This document shows positions 24,100 to 37,310 of a stretch of 50,072 nucleotides of DNA, piece after piece. Position numbers and translations under genes: made by a program. This DNA is from Asterionella formosa (lineage: Eukaryota): contig NKIB01013913.1 of NCBI GenBank assembly GCA_002256025.1, forward strand, positions 1 to 50,072, read 5' to 3'. Numbering within the stretch: the stretch's first letter is position 1; every line of letters starts with the position of its first letter. Under the pieces are notes generated by a model. The model saw only the letters and a program-made list of their open reading frames with translations. It was not told the DNA's origin and did no database searches.

Positions 24100-25410
24100 A
24101 TGCCCAGCATTAATATCACCCACAAGGGCAACTCCCTGGAAGCCAATGCCTCACACGAGGCGACCATACTCCAAGCCAAGCCCTTGGCAGCCGACTCGAC
24201 CGTGAGTGCCAATCCCCACATTCCGTCCATTTCGGCCTCGGCAGTGCTGGGCGAATCCGACTGCATGCCGGAGGGAAGTCAAGAATGCAAGGGGCACGAT
24301 TTCAATGCCTCCAACGCATTGGATGCCATTATGGAATCACTCGCAACGACCGGATTTCAAGCAACTAATGTGGGCCTGGCGATTGACCAAATCAAGCAAA
24401 TGCGCTCCTGGCGATTGAGCGACGTGGAATGGAAGGAGGGCGACGATGACGAACTCAAAGACCCCGCTGTACGAAACAAAATTCGAGCGCGCATTTTTTT
24501 GGCATACACGTCCAACCAAATATCATCGGGGCAGCGAGAGGTCATTAAATTCTTGGTGCAGCACAAGATGGTAGATGTTATCATTTCCACCGCTGGAGGG
24601 ATAGAAGAAGACCTCGTCAAGTGCTTTCAGCCGACGTACTTGGGAGACTTCAAGTTGAGTGGAAGGGAACTGAGAAAGAAGGGAATTAATAGAATCGGAA
24701 ATTTACTAGTTCCCAACAAGAACTATTGCGATTTTGAAGATTGGATAGCGCCGATATTTGACAAAATGCACGACGAACAAGAGGACAGAGCTGCCAAGTG
24801 GGCCGAGGAATTTCTGGAATGGCGCAAGACCAACGACTTGAGCAGCCCACCAGAGAAATTTTTCTGGACACCGTCGTCAATGATTCATCGTCTAGGAAAC
24901 GAAATCAGCCATGAATCTAGTGTTTTGTACTGGGCTGCCAAGAATGGGATTCCCATTTTTTCTCCTGCTCTCACGGATGGAAGTATCGGCGACATGCTCT
25001 ATTTTCATTCCTACAAACGGCCAGGCTTTGTCTTGGATATCGCTCAAGATATTCGTTTGGTCAACGACAAGGCAGTCAAAAGTCATGCGACTGGCATGAT
25101 CATTCTAGGGGGCGGTTTGGTCAAACATCACTGTTGTAATGCCAACCTTATGCGGAATGGAGCTGACTTTTCAGTGTATGTCAACACCGGTCAAGAGTTT
25201 GACGGAAGTGATAGTGGGGCGTCGCCGGATGAAGCCATTAGCTGGGGTAAGATACGTATCACGGCCAAGCCAGTCAAAGTATGTGCGGATGCTACTTTTG
25301 TCTTTCCTCTCCTCGTCAGTCAAACTTTCGCTAAAGATGTTGAGGAATGGAAGAAAGGGACCAAAGGGACAGTTTGTCACGTCGATGAGCTCGACGCAAC
25401 TGACGATTAG
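24100..25410 (+). CDS. DHPS: Deoxyhypusine synthase
   Basis: [73 protein letters not shown] (active-site Lys). Likely start is MPSIN at 24100, not the ORF-track start at 23902. Confidence 0.97.
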   Translation: MPSINITHKGNSLEANASHEATILQAKPLAADSTVSANPHIPSISASAVLGESDCMPEGSQECKGHDFNASNALDAIMESLATTGFQATNVGLAIDQIKQMRSWRLSDVEWKEGDDDELKDPAVRNKIRARIFLAYTSNQISSGQREVIKFLVQHKMVDVIISTAGGIEEDLVKCFQPTYLGDFKLSGRELRKKGINRIGNLLVPNKNYCDFEDWIAPIFDKMHDEQEDRAAKWAEEFLEWRKTNDLSSPPEKFFWTPSSMIHRLGNEISHESSVLYWAAKNGIPIFSPALTDGSIGDMLYFHSYKRPGFVLDIAQDIRLVNDKAVKSHATGMIILGGGLVKHHCCNANLMRNGADFSVYVNTGQEFDGSDSGASPDEAISWGKIRITAKPVKVCADATFVFPLLVSQTFAKDVEEWKKGTKGTVCHVDELDATDD

Positions 25411-25871
25411 TCCAACTAGATTTGATTGCCCCTAATAATATAGTTATCAATTACTGGGTACTACGAAAGAAACCTAATCCTATGTATGTGTATCTTGTGC
25501 TTGCAAAAAAGTGATTGAGGCTAAAGAATCATCTCCTTGCTGATGGCTGAGGAGGACGCCATGCGACCACCGTTTTATCAGACCGTGGACCGATTTAAAG
25601 TGAAAATATTCATCTCCACAAAAGGATATAAATTGTATTACCCCAAAAGTATCACGGACCTTCAATGGTTGTGGGCTGGCTACAAACATTTGTGTTTCCC
25701 TCCACACTATTTTGATAGCTTACCCATTTGTGGATTTTCCATCCTAGCTAATAGCAAACTCTGGACTACATTTCCTAATTTCTCTGAGCGAACAACTATA
25801 TCTTGAAATTTGATATAGATCGCATAGGATGGCTGGGTCTCTCTGGGTATCCCCGAAAGGATTCACTCCCT

Positions 25872-26212
25872 TGTGATGTCGAAATTCTGGAAGCAGAGGG
25901 AAATATCGCTCTCAAAAGATTACAACAAAAAATACTGCTATGAAAGAGGGGATGAAGGAGATCGACGATGTTGATGACGAACGAAGAGACGATTGAAGGG
26001 GTGATTCCGACAACTAACAACCTGACAAGTTCAAAAGGAGATTGGAAGGTGTGTTTGTTAAAAGAGTGATAAGAGTATATTTGAAGTAATTTTTGTAGAG
26101 ATACTAGAGAGTGGACCAAGAACACCAGACAGGCGTGTGTAGACAAACAGACAGACACATTTAATCTACGTCATGGTAGGACCACAGTGAAATATAACAT
26201 CCACCCATCTCA
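25872..26212 (-). mobile_element. Probable 3' LTR with polypurine tract of a minus-strand LTR retrotransposon
   Basis: On the minus strand GAGATGGGTGGA is followed by TGTTATA... (26199) and ends near ...TTCGACATCACA (25872). Homologous to 861-1250. Confidence 0.5.
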
Positions 26213-28574
26213 TGAAATAATGAGATATCTGAAAAAAAGTAACAGGAATTGTCTGGTCGTGTTTGTGACTGGTGAGGCCAAGGGATCAAGAGTAGGTGAT
26301 CAATACCAGCGAAGCAAATGAAGGAATTTAGTTTCCATCATATTCATGAAATGATGCGGCATAAGAGGCACCAAAAGGTAAGGTAATGAAAGAATCTTGG
26401 CATCAAGAGGAAAAACACTGGAGACAACAATCTTGATCGATGAGGTTTGACTAAGTTGGGTATTTGCGTCTAGGCCTTGAGTGCTGGCTGGTCCTGTCGT
26501 AAACAGAAGGAAAATAGGACGCACAGATCTGTTGATTCCCGAGACTTGTCAGGGCATAAATTTGGATGTTCAATTGATTCAGTAGGGCTGTAAAACCACT
26601 ACGAGCATTTTCCAGTGTGAGTGTACATTGAGGCACAGTAGGATATGGTAAAATGGAATCAAAATGAAGGTGGTGAGGAGTGATGTGAATCACCAATATT
26701 TCTGGAGAAAATGGAACAGAATTGACTTCCTGAATAGATGGGATCCCACATGCAAGCAGTTGCAAAAGGTTTAGACATAATTCATTGGAGTTCACTGTTG
26801 GGTGGTGTGCTAAAGCAAAGAATTCCGTAACAGAGGTTCCAATGCAGTCCTCAGGAGGATGAAAGAGCCTGCACTTGCTGATGAGAAATGTAGTAAATAG
26901 AAACCAGAGTAAATGTCCAGAAAAATAAGAATAGATGCATTCTTGTAAACAGAAAGTATTACACAATGGCTGGAGGTGAACATCAACATCAATCAAAGTA
27001 AGATTTCCGATCCAAAGAGCTGAGCAATCTTCAATGTGAGCGAGGTATAACCGCCGTGGTATGAACATTCCAATGAGATTCATACAGAAAAATGTAGCTA
27101 GATAACTCTGTAAATCATAATTTCGCCAATGACATGCCTAAAACTTTCCATAACTAGGACATATTGTAAAGATTGCATTGTGAAATGTCAGCAACCTTCC
27201 AGTGGGTAATATGCACAAGCAATCTGGATTATAAACCAAAGACAATGTCCCATATGAGCTGGATACCAAATATAATTGTGTGATGATTGGTATAGAGAAT
27301 GGAGACTGGGTACAACATGATGCATGTTGTGATGCGAGATGTGACATTGTAAGTAGATAGAAATATTCAGAATGACATTGATGAACGCTACTATGATTGT
27401 AAGCATCATTATTTTGCTGTAGGCAACTTCATTGGTTTGGTATTTGCAAATTATTCATTGGCTCAGTTTACAGCCATCCGTTTTCTGTACTATTGAATTC
27501 AAAGAATAAGGAGACAACCTAATCAAAGTCGAATTGACCGCCATGGAAGCAGATAAATCATCTGCAAAATTGGAAAATGGGAGAGGCAGATTAAATTCTG
27601 TAACCGTTCCAATGCAGTCATTATGAGTGATTTCACCCCAACCATTAGCCAAAATATCATTGACTTGAAAAGAAACATCATAGAAATAGGTGAAACACCA
27701 TATAATCCAAGTAAAGTTGACCGCCATGGTTACCAGATAAATCATCATAATGGACCACTGTGCCAAAACTAGGTTTGTATGAATCAATAGCTATATCACA
27801 TACAACCTTGTTTGAAAGAAAATCATCATCATGACCACGGGAATTGTAGATTTCATCATCAATGGCAGAAGGTACATATTGAGATTGACATGGATCACCA
27901 ATTTAAAAAATACCTTGCAATACTATCGAAAATGTGCAAAGGAGTGTCAGTGTATTTAATCTGGGAGTATGATTTTGCATAGCAGTGAGTCTTGTCATGT
28001 AGAATTGTTTCAAACATAGATGGTATGCATAATTAGATTGAATCGGCGGCATTCACTCAAGAAATCATCAGGAATGATTGCATGACAACCATCAACCAGA
28101 ATGTCATTGACTTGACTAGCAAGAAACATGACAGGAACAGATGAAACCCCAAAAGGGGATATCCACCATCTGAACGCTATAACTCAGAAAATGCGCATTG
28201 CGAGCACATTTAGCTCATTTTGTGCATGACATCAAAATGAATATACAGATGATTGATGTGCATTGACCTAGTGACAATATACCCATATTTCAGGGCGGCT
28301 GGACCATGTGATAGAGCATTTTTTGGATCGTCAACCTGAGTAGTACCTTCAGTAAAGAAACAAGAAGTCCGAGGTGTTGAAAGGTACTTGAGAAGTGATC
28401 TTAGCTTGTTGCAAAATACCATCCACTTGAAGCCAAAGCATGCCATCCAAAACTCGAATATTTTCCAAGTGTAAAGGTTGATCATCAACTTTTAAAACTT
28501 CAATGACAATGGAACAAGCTCTTCCAAATGTAGAGGAAACATGGCCAGAAAATGAGCATACTTGATGTTACTTA

Positions 28575-29435
28575 GTGGTGGGTAGATGCATCCTTTGCAG
28601 TGCACCCCGACATGAAAAGTCACATTGAAGGGGCAACAACACTTGGTCGAGGTATATATACGAAACATCCAATAGACATATATAAAACACGAAAAGCTCG
28701 AAAAGGGGAGCTGGTTGGTGTTAACGATGTCATGCCGCAGCTTTTATGGACACGATATTTCATGGAAGCACATGCAATGCTATAATTATTTGATAAATAG
28801 AACAAATTTTTGTTTTAGAATACATAAATTTTGGTTTGACACAAATAAATTCCCCCAAAAGTACCGGTTGCATAATTACGTCACTTAGCTAAGACATAAA
28901 TTCGAAAAAGTGCCGTAAACGGCGTCTTAGATACGTAGTGAAGTATCCATGAAGTAATGCCCTACTGAAGAGATGGTGGCTGATTATTTTACAAAAGCGC
29001 GACAAGGCAGGTGCTGGTTTCAAAAAGACGCAGAATACCATCATGAATACTAGTATCAATGTATCCCTGGACAACAACTACGGCCGCCATGGAGGATTGC
29101 AGGAGTGTGTTGGATATAGCAGATGAAAAGACAAAAGAATCAGATGGCAAGACTAAAGAATTAGACGATGAGACAAAAGAATTAGGAACTGATGATGAAT
29201 GGATCACAGCTGAAGCAAAAAAGGAAGAATTGTGTCTCCAGGATCACGATCAAGACTGCTGGTGTCAACAACTTTACAACTAGCATATAAAGAGCATGAA
29301 AATGTTCATTCTATTTTATTTCTTTTTTTACAAGTATTTTCGCCCAGCCACCCCCGCCCTGTCTCTGTTTCATCACCGGATCTGTTGCTTGGTGATGAGC
29401 ACAGAGGTGTTGCAATATGAACAGCGGTTTCAACA
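28575..29435 (+). mobile_element. Copia remnant: RNase H fragment, PPT and 3' LTR
   Basis: WWVDASFAVHPDMKSH...ELVGVNDVMPQLLWTRYFMEA, an AT-rich interruption, then CPTEEMVADYFTK..QG. GCAGGAGTG|TGTTGG (29108) ... TTCAACA (29435) gives a ~328 bp LTR. Confidence 0.8.
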
Positions 29436-31744
29436 CATCGGTGAATGCGGACATAGTGTCACTCATATCAAAACTGACACAAACACTCACACTCATGGCA
29501 AGACTTAGATGCTGGCTGGTTAAAAGCTCATCAAGATAATAAGAAAGGGCCTATAAACTGTCTTATTAAACTGTCTATCATGGGGTCATTGAACGCGAGC
29601 CTGATGAAATGGCAGCTAAATTTCCTACAAATAAATCCCAATCAGAAAAACAGTGGTCCCTTAAATATTTAATTGAAGGTTGTGGCCCGGAGTTATATAT
29701 TGCGAGGTCTGTATTTTGCCAAAATATTTATTTGATGTGCTTCAATCCACACATCACATACAACTAAATAAATTAGTAAAAGGTAAAATTAGCTTGCACC
29801 CCAACACGACCAATTTGTTCCACAATTGTTTTCAACCAGTGAAAGTATCTGGTACCTTGGTAGTAGTAATGTTTAACACTACATCAAATGAGAAATATAT
29901 GACATAGTGTAATACCAATATTGCAGTAGGCTGTCAGGACTGGTGGACCACTCTTAATATGCACTACTGTACATTTTACTGGGACTGGCAATTCGATGCA
30001 TTTGTGGTTTGTTTTCAGCTTCGTGATTCATTCACACTCATTTCTCATTCTTGGCTGAAAGATGATGAATGATGAGGGGTTAAAAATGAGTTATCAAGCG
30101 TTTGTCATTTCCCTTGTTCAGAGTATATTATACCGGTACTCATACTCTTCTACCACATATTTCGTGAATGTTAAAAGTGCATGCCCATACATACTATAAT
30201 GCCGATATGTTGTATGTACGTACCGGTATAATATGACATGATCATGAAAATTCATCATGAACAAGACTACCGTACCCTGGTAACGGTAAAAGGTATGATA
30301 CTCCGTGCTGAAAACATGTATGACATAAAATACCGGTACCACCAGGTCCAGTATTAAACGGAAATAAATGATCAGGAACACAGGTACCACAGGTGGTATA
30401 CCGTCCCAAAAAATAGCGAGCGTGAATCCCGATTCAAAGGCTTAAATAATAACAGGATTGCTTGAGATGAGAAACCGGTGGTCGTACCGCGCTACTGTAC
30501 CTGTTAATAACGGATCACTGACTGACACATTGTTCTTGATACTGGTACCGGTAGCTAAATTTTGTGCATCATCCGGCCCATCATCGATCAGCCGAACACC
30601 AGCTAGTAGCTACGAATAAGGGAATGGGGAGTTCGTTCTTTACCGGTATATTTAGCTGGCATGTATTACCGGTATGTAACTACAAGGTACCGGGATTGTT
30701 GTGCTTTGTAGGAGGGTGTCCGTGCTCGCTGTGGTACCCGGCACTTGAGGACGAGATATTTAGCTTAATCCTTTTAGAAGTGAAGAACATGTTTCCAGCC
30801 CTTCCATCGTATATACCAGGTTCAGTACCGTAGATGTCCGTTTCTTCTTTGACTACGGTAGAACAAGGCGTTTGCATGACTGTGCATGACTGCTTTGTTG
30901 AACTGGTGGGAGCTGTGTACTGGTCGACGTGCATGTACAGGATATCTGCTATCGCTCCAAGTCACGACATCCATGGTGTGCAAGAGTGCATGGTTGGGTG
31001 TACGTAGAGTCTATGTACCAGTTACCACTACGTATGAATGCATACGTTAAAAATGCCGTTCCAGATATTGTGTACGGAGTACCTGGTACTGTATGCTGTA
31101 TACTGTCATGAATATTCTTCATGCGTGGTGAGGAGTGAAGTTCAGTGAGGATGCTGCACTACGGAACCTTGTACCTGGTACCATTGCCCGTAGCGGCTCT
31201 GCACTGCTCGTTCATAGCACTCACTACATAAATGGACTCATTACACTACCAGGTACGAGGGTCCCGATATTGCCCTTCTATCGCCTAGACTACCGGTACC
31301 AATGTACCGGTACATGGGAATGAGACTCAAGTTTACTCGCAACCCCCGTTACCCATTAACGCATCCACTGAACGTTCCTTCTTGCATTCCTCGTTCATTG
31401 ATCCCTATTACTTCCTGTGCCCGCCAGCAGCATATCGTCTCAGCTACTTCCATCCCTCCACTTATCTCAATCCAACGAGGGACTCATTGGTATCCGACGG
31501 TGGCAGAGAAATTCAGAAAGGTGTCAATTAACTGCCTCTCTTGTTTTATCCAATAGCAAGATCGTATCAGACCCGTACTGAGCGGACGGCGCAGCTGGAA
31601 ATCATCGCGAAAGAGTGATTCCTTCTTGTACACAGTTGTGATTGAAACAGGCAAGACTGCATACGGCACATTCCTCAACACATCAACCCTTGGTACATTC
31701 CTTCCGGTGGGTGCTTCGTATTTGACAGGTATTCGCAAGACTAA

Positions 31745-33202
31745 ATGACGGACCCAACCATTGCTGATCCTGCAATTGCTATGATCGCCAGTTCGCCGAC
31801 AAGAAGCCTTCCAACGCCGACAAGAAGCCTTCCCACCTCTCCTACGCTCATTCCTGGCAGCTTGCCTTTACCAAGAGTTCGACAATCTAGCTCTCCTGTT
31901 CCGGGAATGCCAGACAGTTCGGTCAGGTCAACGGTCACTGATTTCCTCGATATTCCTTCTGAACAGCAGCTGTCCTCCACGGACGGAGATTCCAACGAAA
32001 CGGACGATGATACATCTCCGTCCTCTGCTACTCCCGCTGGAGATGAGCGGAGTCAGGAAGAAAATCCCGCTACTATTGGTCTCTTCAATCTTAACACAAG
32101 CGTAAGTTTTCATGGAGGGATGTTGAACACGAGGAAGAATGACTTGGATCTAAACATCTTTTTCTATCGCTTTTTGAAGAAGCGTGTGGGAACCATTATT
32201 GATGTATCGGAGGACACACAAGTCTACAATATCGTAGGAAATATGCCGGAAGCAGACGGCGACATTTATGAAGGCGAAGTCCGCCCTTTGATTTTCGGTT
32301 TCTTGCGAAAATTGGGGCGAAACGGGAAATGGCAACGCCGCTTTTTTGAAACGGATGGAGAATGTCTGACATACTACAAGTCGGACAAAAGGGTGAAAGT
32401 CTTGGCTTCATTGGATCTTTCCAAGGTAACGAACGAGTATTGGTATTTTTGTCATTCTTCAAATTTTGGTCCCCTTTCTTATTCATGCTTTTAATTTTCG
32501 CGTACACGGCGACAGGTTGGAGCCATTGCTATGAGTCCCGATGATCCTGTTGGATGTACCTTTGTTATTCAAGTTGTTGATCGCCCTTACAGTCTGCGAG
32601 CAGAAAGCAAGGCTACCTGCAAAGATTGGGTCATTACTCTCAACCGTATCAAGGAAGCTAGGCTTCAAATGGGAGGTGTCAAGCTTGTTCCCCCAGAATT
32701 TCACCAAACTGCAAACTCATTGGAAAAGGGCGAATTTCGTGAGATCACTCCTCGAGTTGTCCTGAGTGCCAATCGTCAACGCACACGCGCTGTCGACGGC
32801 GAAAATGTCAATTCTTGGGAATCCCTTATGCAGCAAGAAAATAATCAGAACGCGATTCGTGAATCAGAGACAAAGGTACATCACAAGTTACAGAGTGAAA
32901 TTTTGGCTCGCTGGCAGAAACGCCGATCGATGCTCTACAGTTTGAGCCGTGCTGCGGTGCGATGGGCCCGAAGCGTTCGTGAAAAGTCATGTGCTAGTTC
33001 TGCACATGAGCAAGTCAGGTTGGATGCGCACTTGCATCCACCAGGTCACGATGATGCTCGTAGCTCTGCTTCTACTAACTCGGATTTGAACGATCATCAT
33101 GATTCCAAACTGAATCTCGAGCCGTCTTGGCCATCACCACCACCTCCTGTGACCAAAACGCGTGACCTCAACGTTGCGGCGCGAGCTCACGAAATTACGT
33201 AA
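31745..33202 (+). CDS. PH-domain protein
   Basis: Exons 31745-32425 and 32516-33202 (intron GTAAC..GACAG). GFLRKLGRNGKWQRRFF..DGECLTYYKS...F.IQV.DRPYSLRA.S......DWV..L is a canonical PH fold with a basic beta1-beta2 loop. Confidence 0.9.
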
Positions 33203-33493
33203 AACCTCCCTCTTGGTAAGCGATACCTACCTTTTTAGATATCTACGTTCCCTCGACGCTGCTATTTTGTAATAACGAACAATGATGCAGTTGAAGTCAT
33301 TACTCGAATGCTTTGTGCCATATATACGTCCTCTTATATGTTTTGTCGATTCCTTTGCATCCATAGACCTTGCAGTTTGGCGCTGTTTGCATGCCCTACT
33401 TCATACTAATAAATATTAAAATGCTTTTTTGAAAAACATGTGGAGCTGAACATTGCAAGTCAATAGCAAAACTATCTGAGTGGTGCGCCCAAA

Positions 33494-35243
33494 CTAAGTT
33501 CCAATACCTGCCCACGAAATCGTTTCCTCCTTGAACTCGAGCCACCTTGATTGCTCTGGTTTAAAGAGGAAACCAAGAAATGGACAAGCATTCTCCATAC
33601 TCGGTGACCTCAAGAGCGAGTTCGGCAAATACCACCAGGGTTTGTGAAACGCTCCAGGGATTGTCAACGTTTGACCTTCAAAACGGATCTGTTCCGCATT
33701 TCCTAGGTCGGTATCGATTTGAATGTCAGTTCCATACAACCGCTGTACGTGTTCAGGCAGTAGAATCTCTGCTGCAAACATGGATGCTACAGTGGCATTC
33801 GGCAATGGTGCACCGATTCCACGGAGGACAGTACCGAAGTAAAAGTCTTCGTTGATGAGATCCACCACTTGGCATCCGTTAGTGTGATCCACTTCAAAAC
33901 CTGCTCTATCAATATGAGGACATGCTTCGATCGCTTCCACAAGCCATGTACGATTCCTCATCGATATTCCGCCATTTCCCACTGGAGCATTCCCATGTCC
34001 ACAAGGAGACTGAAATGCTGTGCTCAACAGTCGAGAAGGTACAGCAAACCTATCTTCTTTGGGAATACTATGTGGATTTTGCTCTAATTTGATTTGTTGG
34101 ATTTCCCACCGTCTCTGGTAGAACAGCCATGATTTCCATCTAATTGGCATGCCCACACACATTCCTTCTGGTGGATTTGGAAACAAAATGTTTGCTTCCC
34201 TCGGCCAAACGGCACCAATGTAGGCGTAAGATTTTAAATGCTCCAGATCGAGTGGACGACACAAGACAGCATCGTCCTGAACTATCAAAACAATCTCGCT
34301 GTCAATACCATCTATAAACTCATCTTTCCAATAATTTCGATTCATGAACGCCATTGATGGATTGCCGAAATCATCGCATGATTTTAATTTGTACTGAAGA
34401 AGGGGAAAGAAGAAGGGAACCCCAAATCATTATTTTGTCATGAAACAAGAAAAACAATGTTTATAATACACTTCCGAATTATTATTTTGCTTACCTTCTT
34501 CGTATCTAGGTATGTGACTCGCACTCTCCCTCTTTCAATTATACCCCGAAAGAGGGGGAGCGACCGCGAGTAAATATTTTGGGTGACTCCTGCTTCAACA
34601 TTGCCTGGAAATTGCTTTTCAATGGTACAATTTGCTGAGAAGGATCAAACAACAACGTCAATAAAAAATCAAGCAAGAATCAATACACAGCATGCATTCA
34701 CTTACATGTCTGAATCAATATACAAGCATTGGGTGCAAATGCTGCTACCGATTCCAGGGCGAACCAAGCTGGTTGTCCTACTCCCAGAGTTGGCAACCGA
34801 GGATCCATAAATAAAACAGTCAATTCGCAGGTATCAACATTTGTGCCATACTCTTTCTTCAAAATGTAATTTTTGTTGCTGAGCGATCGATTCGAGGGAA
34901 TATCGTCATTTGATAGCCTATAGGCCTGATCATAGACATCCTTATGCTTTAATAGGTGTTTTCGCGTGCGACGATGAGTCAGCAATGCTGTCACTTTGGA
35001 TCTCAACAGAAATCCTTCATCAGAAATAATGGAATTACTGATCCGTCTTTGGAGAATTACAATAAGTGTTGTGGTTACTAGGAACAACTTTGCTAGAAGC
35101 ACCAATGATGGTTTCAGCACTCCGCGTTTCCAGCTTTGTTGTTTCGTTTTCCGCCGTATTTTCTTTTGGGGCTTTGGCGATAAATCAAGTTGATCATTCA
35201 AATGCTTCCTTCGATCCTCCTTTCTCCTTTTCCGGGGTTCCAT
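33494..35243 (-). CDS. DUF5672-like (glycosyltransferase-like) type II membrane protein
   Basis: Exons 35243-34706, 34634-34495 and 34393-33494 join in frame via GT-AG introns. N-terminal TM; VLIVQDDAVLC, YAYIGAVW, VGNGGISMRN, NEDFYF and AFHKPW motifs. Confidence 0.82.
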
Positions 35244-35636
35244 ACTCAAAATCTATGATTTTGCATTTCTATCTTGCACGGAACGGCCATCAACACACAT
35301 CAACCTGCTGATTTTATTGGAAGGTAGATGTATAATGAACATAATGTTAGCGGTAAACAAACACATCTCTTTCAATCATGAAATATTTTACCGGTTCGTG
35401 ACGTCACCAATATCGATGCGATGACGATGACCACCATTCGTTTTATTAATTATTCCTCCATTGCTTTGCATTACAGGTTGATACAAACACATAATGTGGC
35501 TAACACAGATTATTCTGCGGCCTTGCAAAGTTTCCATCTACATAGAAAGAACTTATAGTCCTCCAACCGAACGAAGCATCGTTCCGTCAGGCAAGTACCA
35601 GGTACCATAAATTATCGACAATAACTATTATCGGCC

Positions 35637-37310
35637 ATGGGAGGCAAAGAAGCGAAAGAGCGTCGTCGTCTTCAACGCCTCGAGGCTCAAAAAGGACCCT
35701 CTGGTGATTCCAGTCACGTGCAATGGACTCCTCAACAAAAGGCTGAAGCTGCTGCAGCCAGGGGAGATATCAAGCCAACAACAATATCCAACAACTATCC
35801 TGACAATAGACGTGGCAAGTCAGGTGACCTCAAAGCCTCCTCCAGGAAAGCACATGGCAAACCTAATGCTCCTCATAAAGCGACCGCCAAGGTCTCGGCC
35901 AAATATGTCTTGCAAGGTTCAGGGAAAAAACCATTTGGCAACAAATTAAACTTGGGTGCTTCTGGCAAGGCAGCACCAGTCAACACGGAAAAGAAGTTCA
36001 AGAAGCCCAAACATCTCAAGCGAAAGTTGGAGCATGTTGAGAAGGACGACTTGAATCGCGAGAAATTGGTCCAGGAACTTCGTCAATTGGAAGAACGCAA
36101 GAAGGCATTTTCGAAGGCTGCGCCCACAATTCAGAAACCCCAAAAACCAATCAAGAGCTCCCACCCTAAAACGAAGGAACTTTCTGCCAAAAAACAGAAA
36201 AAATTCATGGAGGATATTCCTGATGTCGAGGCAGGGATTTACCACTCTGCCCCAATGGCAAAGCCTACGTCTGATTCAAAACACACCCTCAAAACTGATC
36301 CAAAAAATACTATCTTAAAAGCTCAAAAAATTTTGCAAGTGGGGAACGAAGTGCATGATTCATTCACGAACACATACGATGAATTGAACAATAATCAAAA
36401 TTCCGAATCTGAGCTTGTCGATGAAAAATCGGGAGACGAGCAATCTATTCAACCAGTGGAGGAAATGGACAGCACAAACGTCACAATGATTAGATCTCCT
36501 TCCAAATCAATGGGGGCAGTTAGGGTGGTTTCTGGTGATACATCGGACTCTGATTCCGACAGTGATGTTGAACTGGAAGAACCTCTCAAGCGCCAGAGAG
36601 GCAGGGGAAGGAAACGCCTAGATACTGCGGACGAAGTCAAGACAAAGGAAGAAGGAGAGAAAAAGGAAACAAGGGTTGTCGTCACTGTCGAGAATCAGGG
36701 GAAGGATGCTCCCAAAAATGAACCAGCCAAAAAAACCAAAAAGACAGACGACAAGCGACGATGTGTCGGAAGAAAACCGGTCACGGACTATTCCGTGGGA
36801 CAACGGTATACAGGGAAAGTGGTTTATATCAAGCCATTTGGCGTCTTTATCGATATTGGCTGTCATTCCGATGCATTTTGTCATGTTTCGCGATTGCAAG
36901 ATGGGTTTGTGGACTCGTCAGAGGTCGCTGTCAAAGAAGGTGACGAAGTCAATGCACGTGTAGTAGAGGTCGACCGAAAGCAGAAACGAGTGACAGTCAG
37001 TCTCCAGACCGATGCGAGAATAGAAGACGAAAAAGCATCGGTCTTGGCTCGAAAAGCTAGAGACGAAAAACGAGCAAACTCCAAGAAGATGAAAGAGAAG
37101 AAAAACGGAGGTTTCGACCGCAGCGCGAATCCAATGATAGAAGAAGCTGTCGAGGAGACTCAAGATGCTACGAACGACCTCGTTGATGCCGAAGGGAACT
37201 TTCTCAAGGATGAATCACAAATGGCTCCTGCTGAGGTAAAGCGAGCACGTAAGCTCCAAAGGAGAGCTCAAAGAAGGACCCAAAAGGAGGAAACGGGTAT
37301 ATCCGCATAA
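35637..37310 (+). CDS. Lysine-rich protein with an S1 RNA-binding domain
   Basis: 557 aa intronless ORF. VGQRYTGKVVYIKPFGVFIDIGCHSDAFCHVSRL...VKEGDEVNARVVEVDRKQKRVTVSL is an S1 domain; basic low-complexity flanks. Confidence 0.9.
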   Translation: MGGKEAKERRRLQRLEAQKGPSGDSSHVQWTPQQKAEAAAARGDIKPTTISNNYPDNRRGKSGDLKASSRKAHGKPNAPHKATAKVSAKYVLQGSGKKPFGNKLNLGASGKAAPVNTEKKFKKPKHLKRKLEHVEKDDLNREKLVQELRQLEERKKAFSKAAPTIQKPQKPIKSSHPKTKELSAKKQKKFMEDIPDVEAGIYHSAPMAKPTSDSKHTLKTDPKNTILKAQKILQVGNEVHDSFTNTYDELNNNQNSESELVDEKSGDEQSIQPVEEMDSTNVTMIRSPSKSMGAVRVVSGDTSDSDSDSDVELEEPLKRQRGRGRKRLDTADEVKTKEEGEKKETRVVVTVENQGKDAPKNEPAKKTKKTDDKRRCVGRKPVTDYSVGQRYTGKVVYIKPFGVFIDIGCHSDAFCHVSRLQDGFVDSSEVAVKEGDEVNARVVEVDRKQKRVTVSLQTDARIEDEKASVLARKARDEKRANSKKMKEKKNGGFDRSANPMIEEAVEETQDATNDLVDAEGNFLKDESQMAPAEVKRARKLQRRAQRRTQKEETGISA

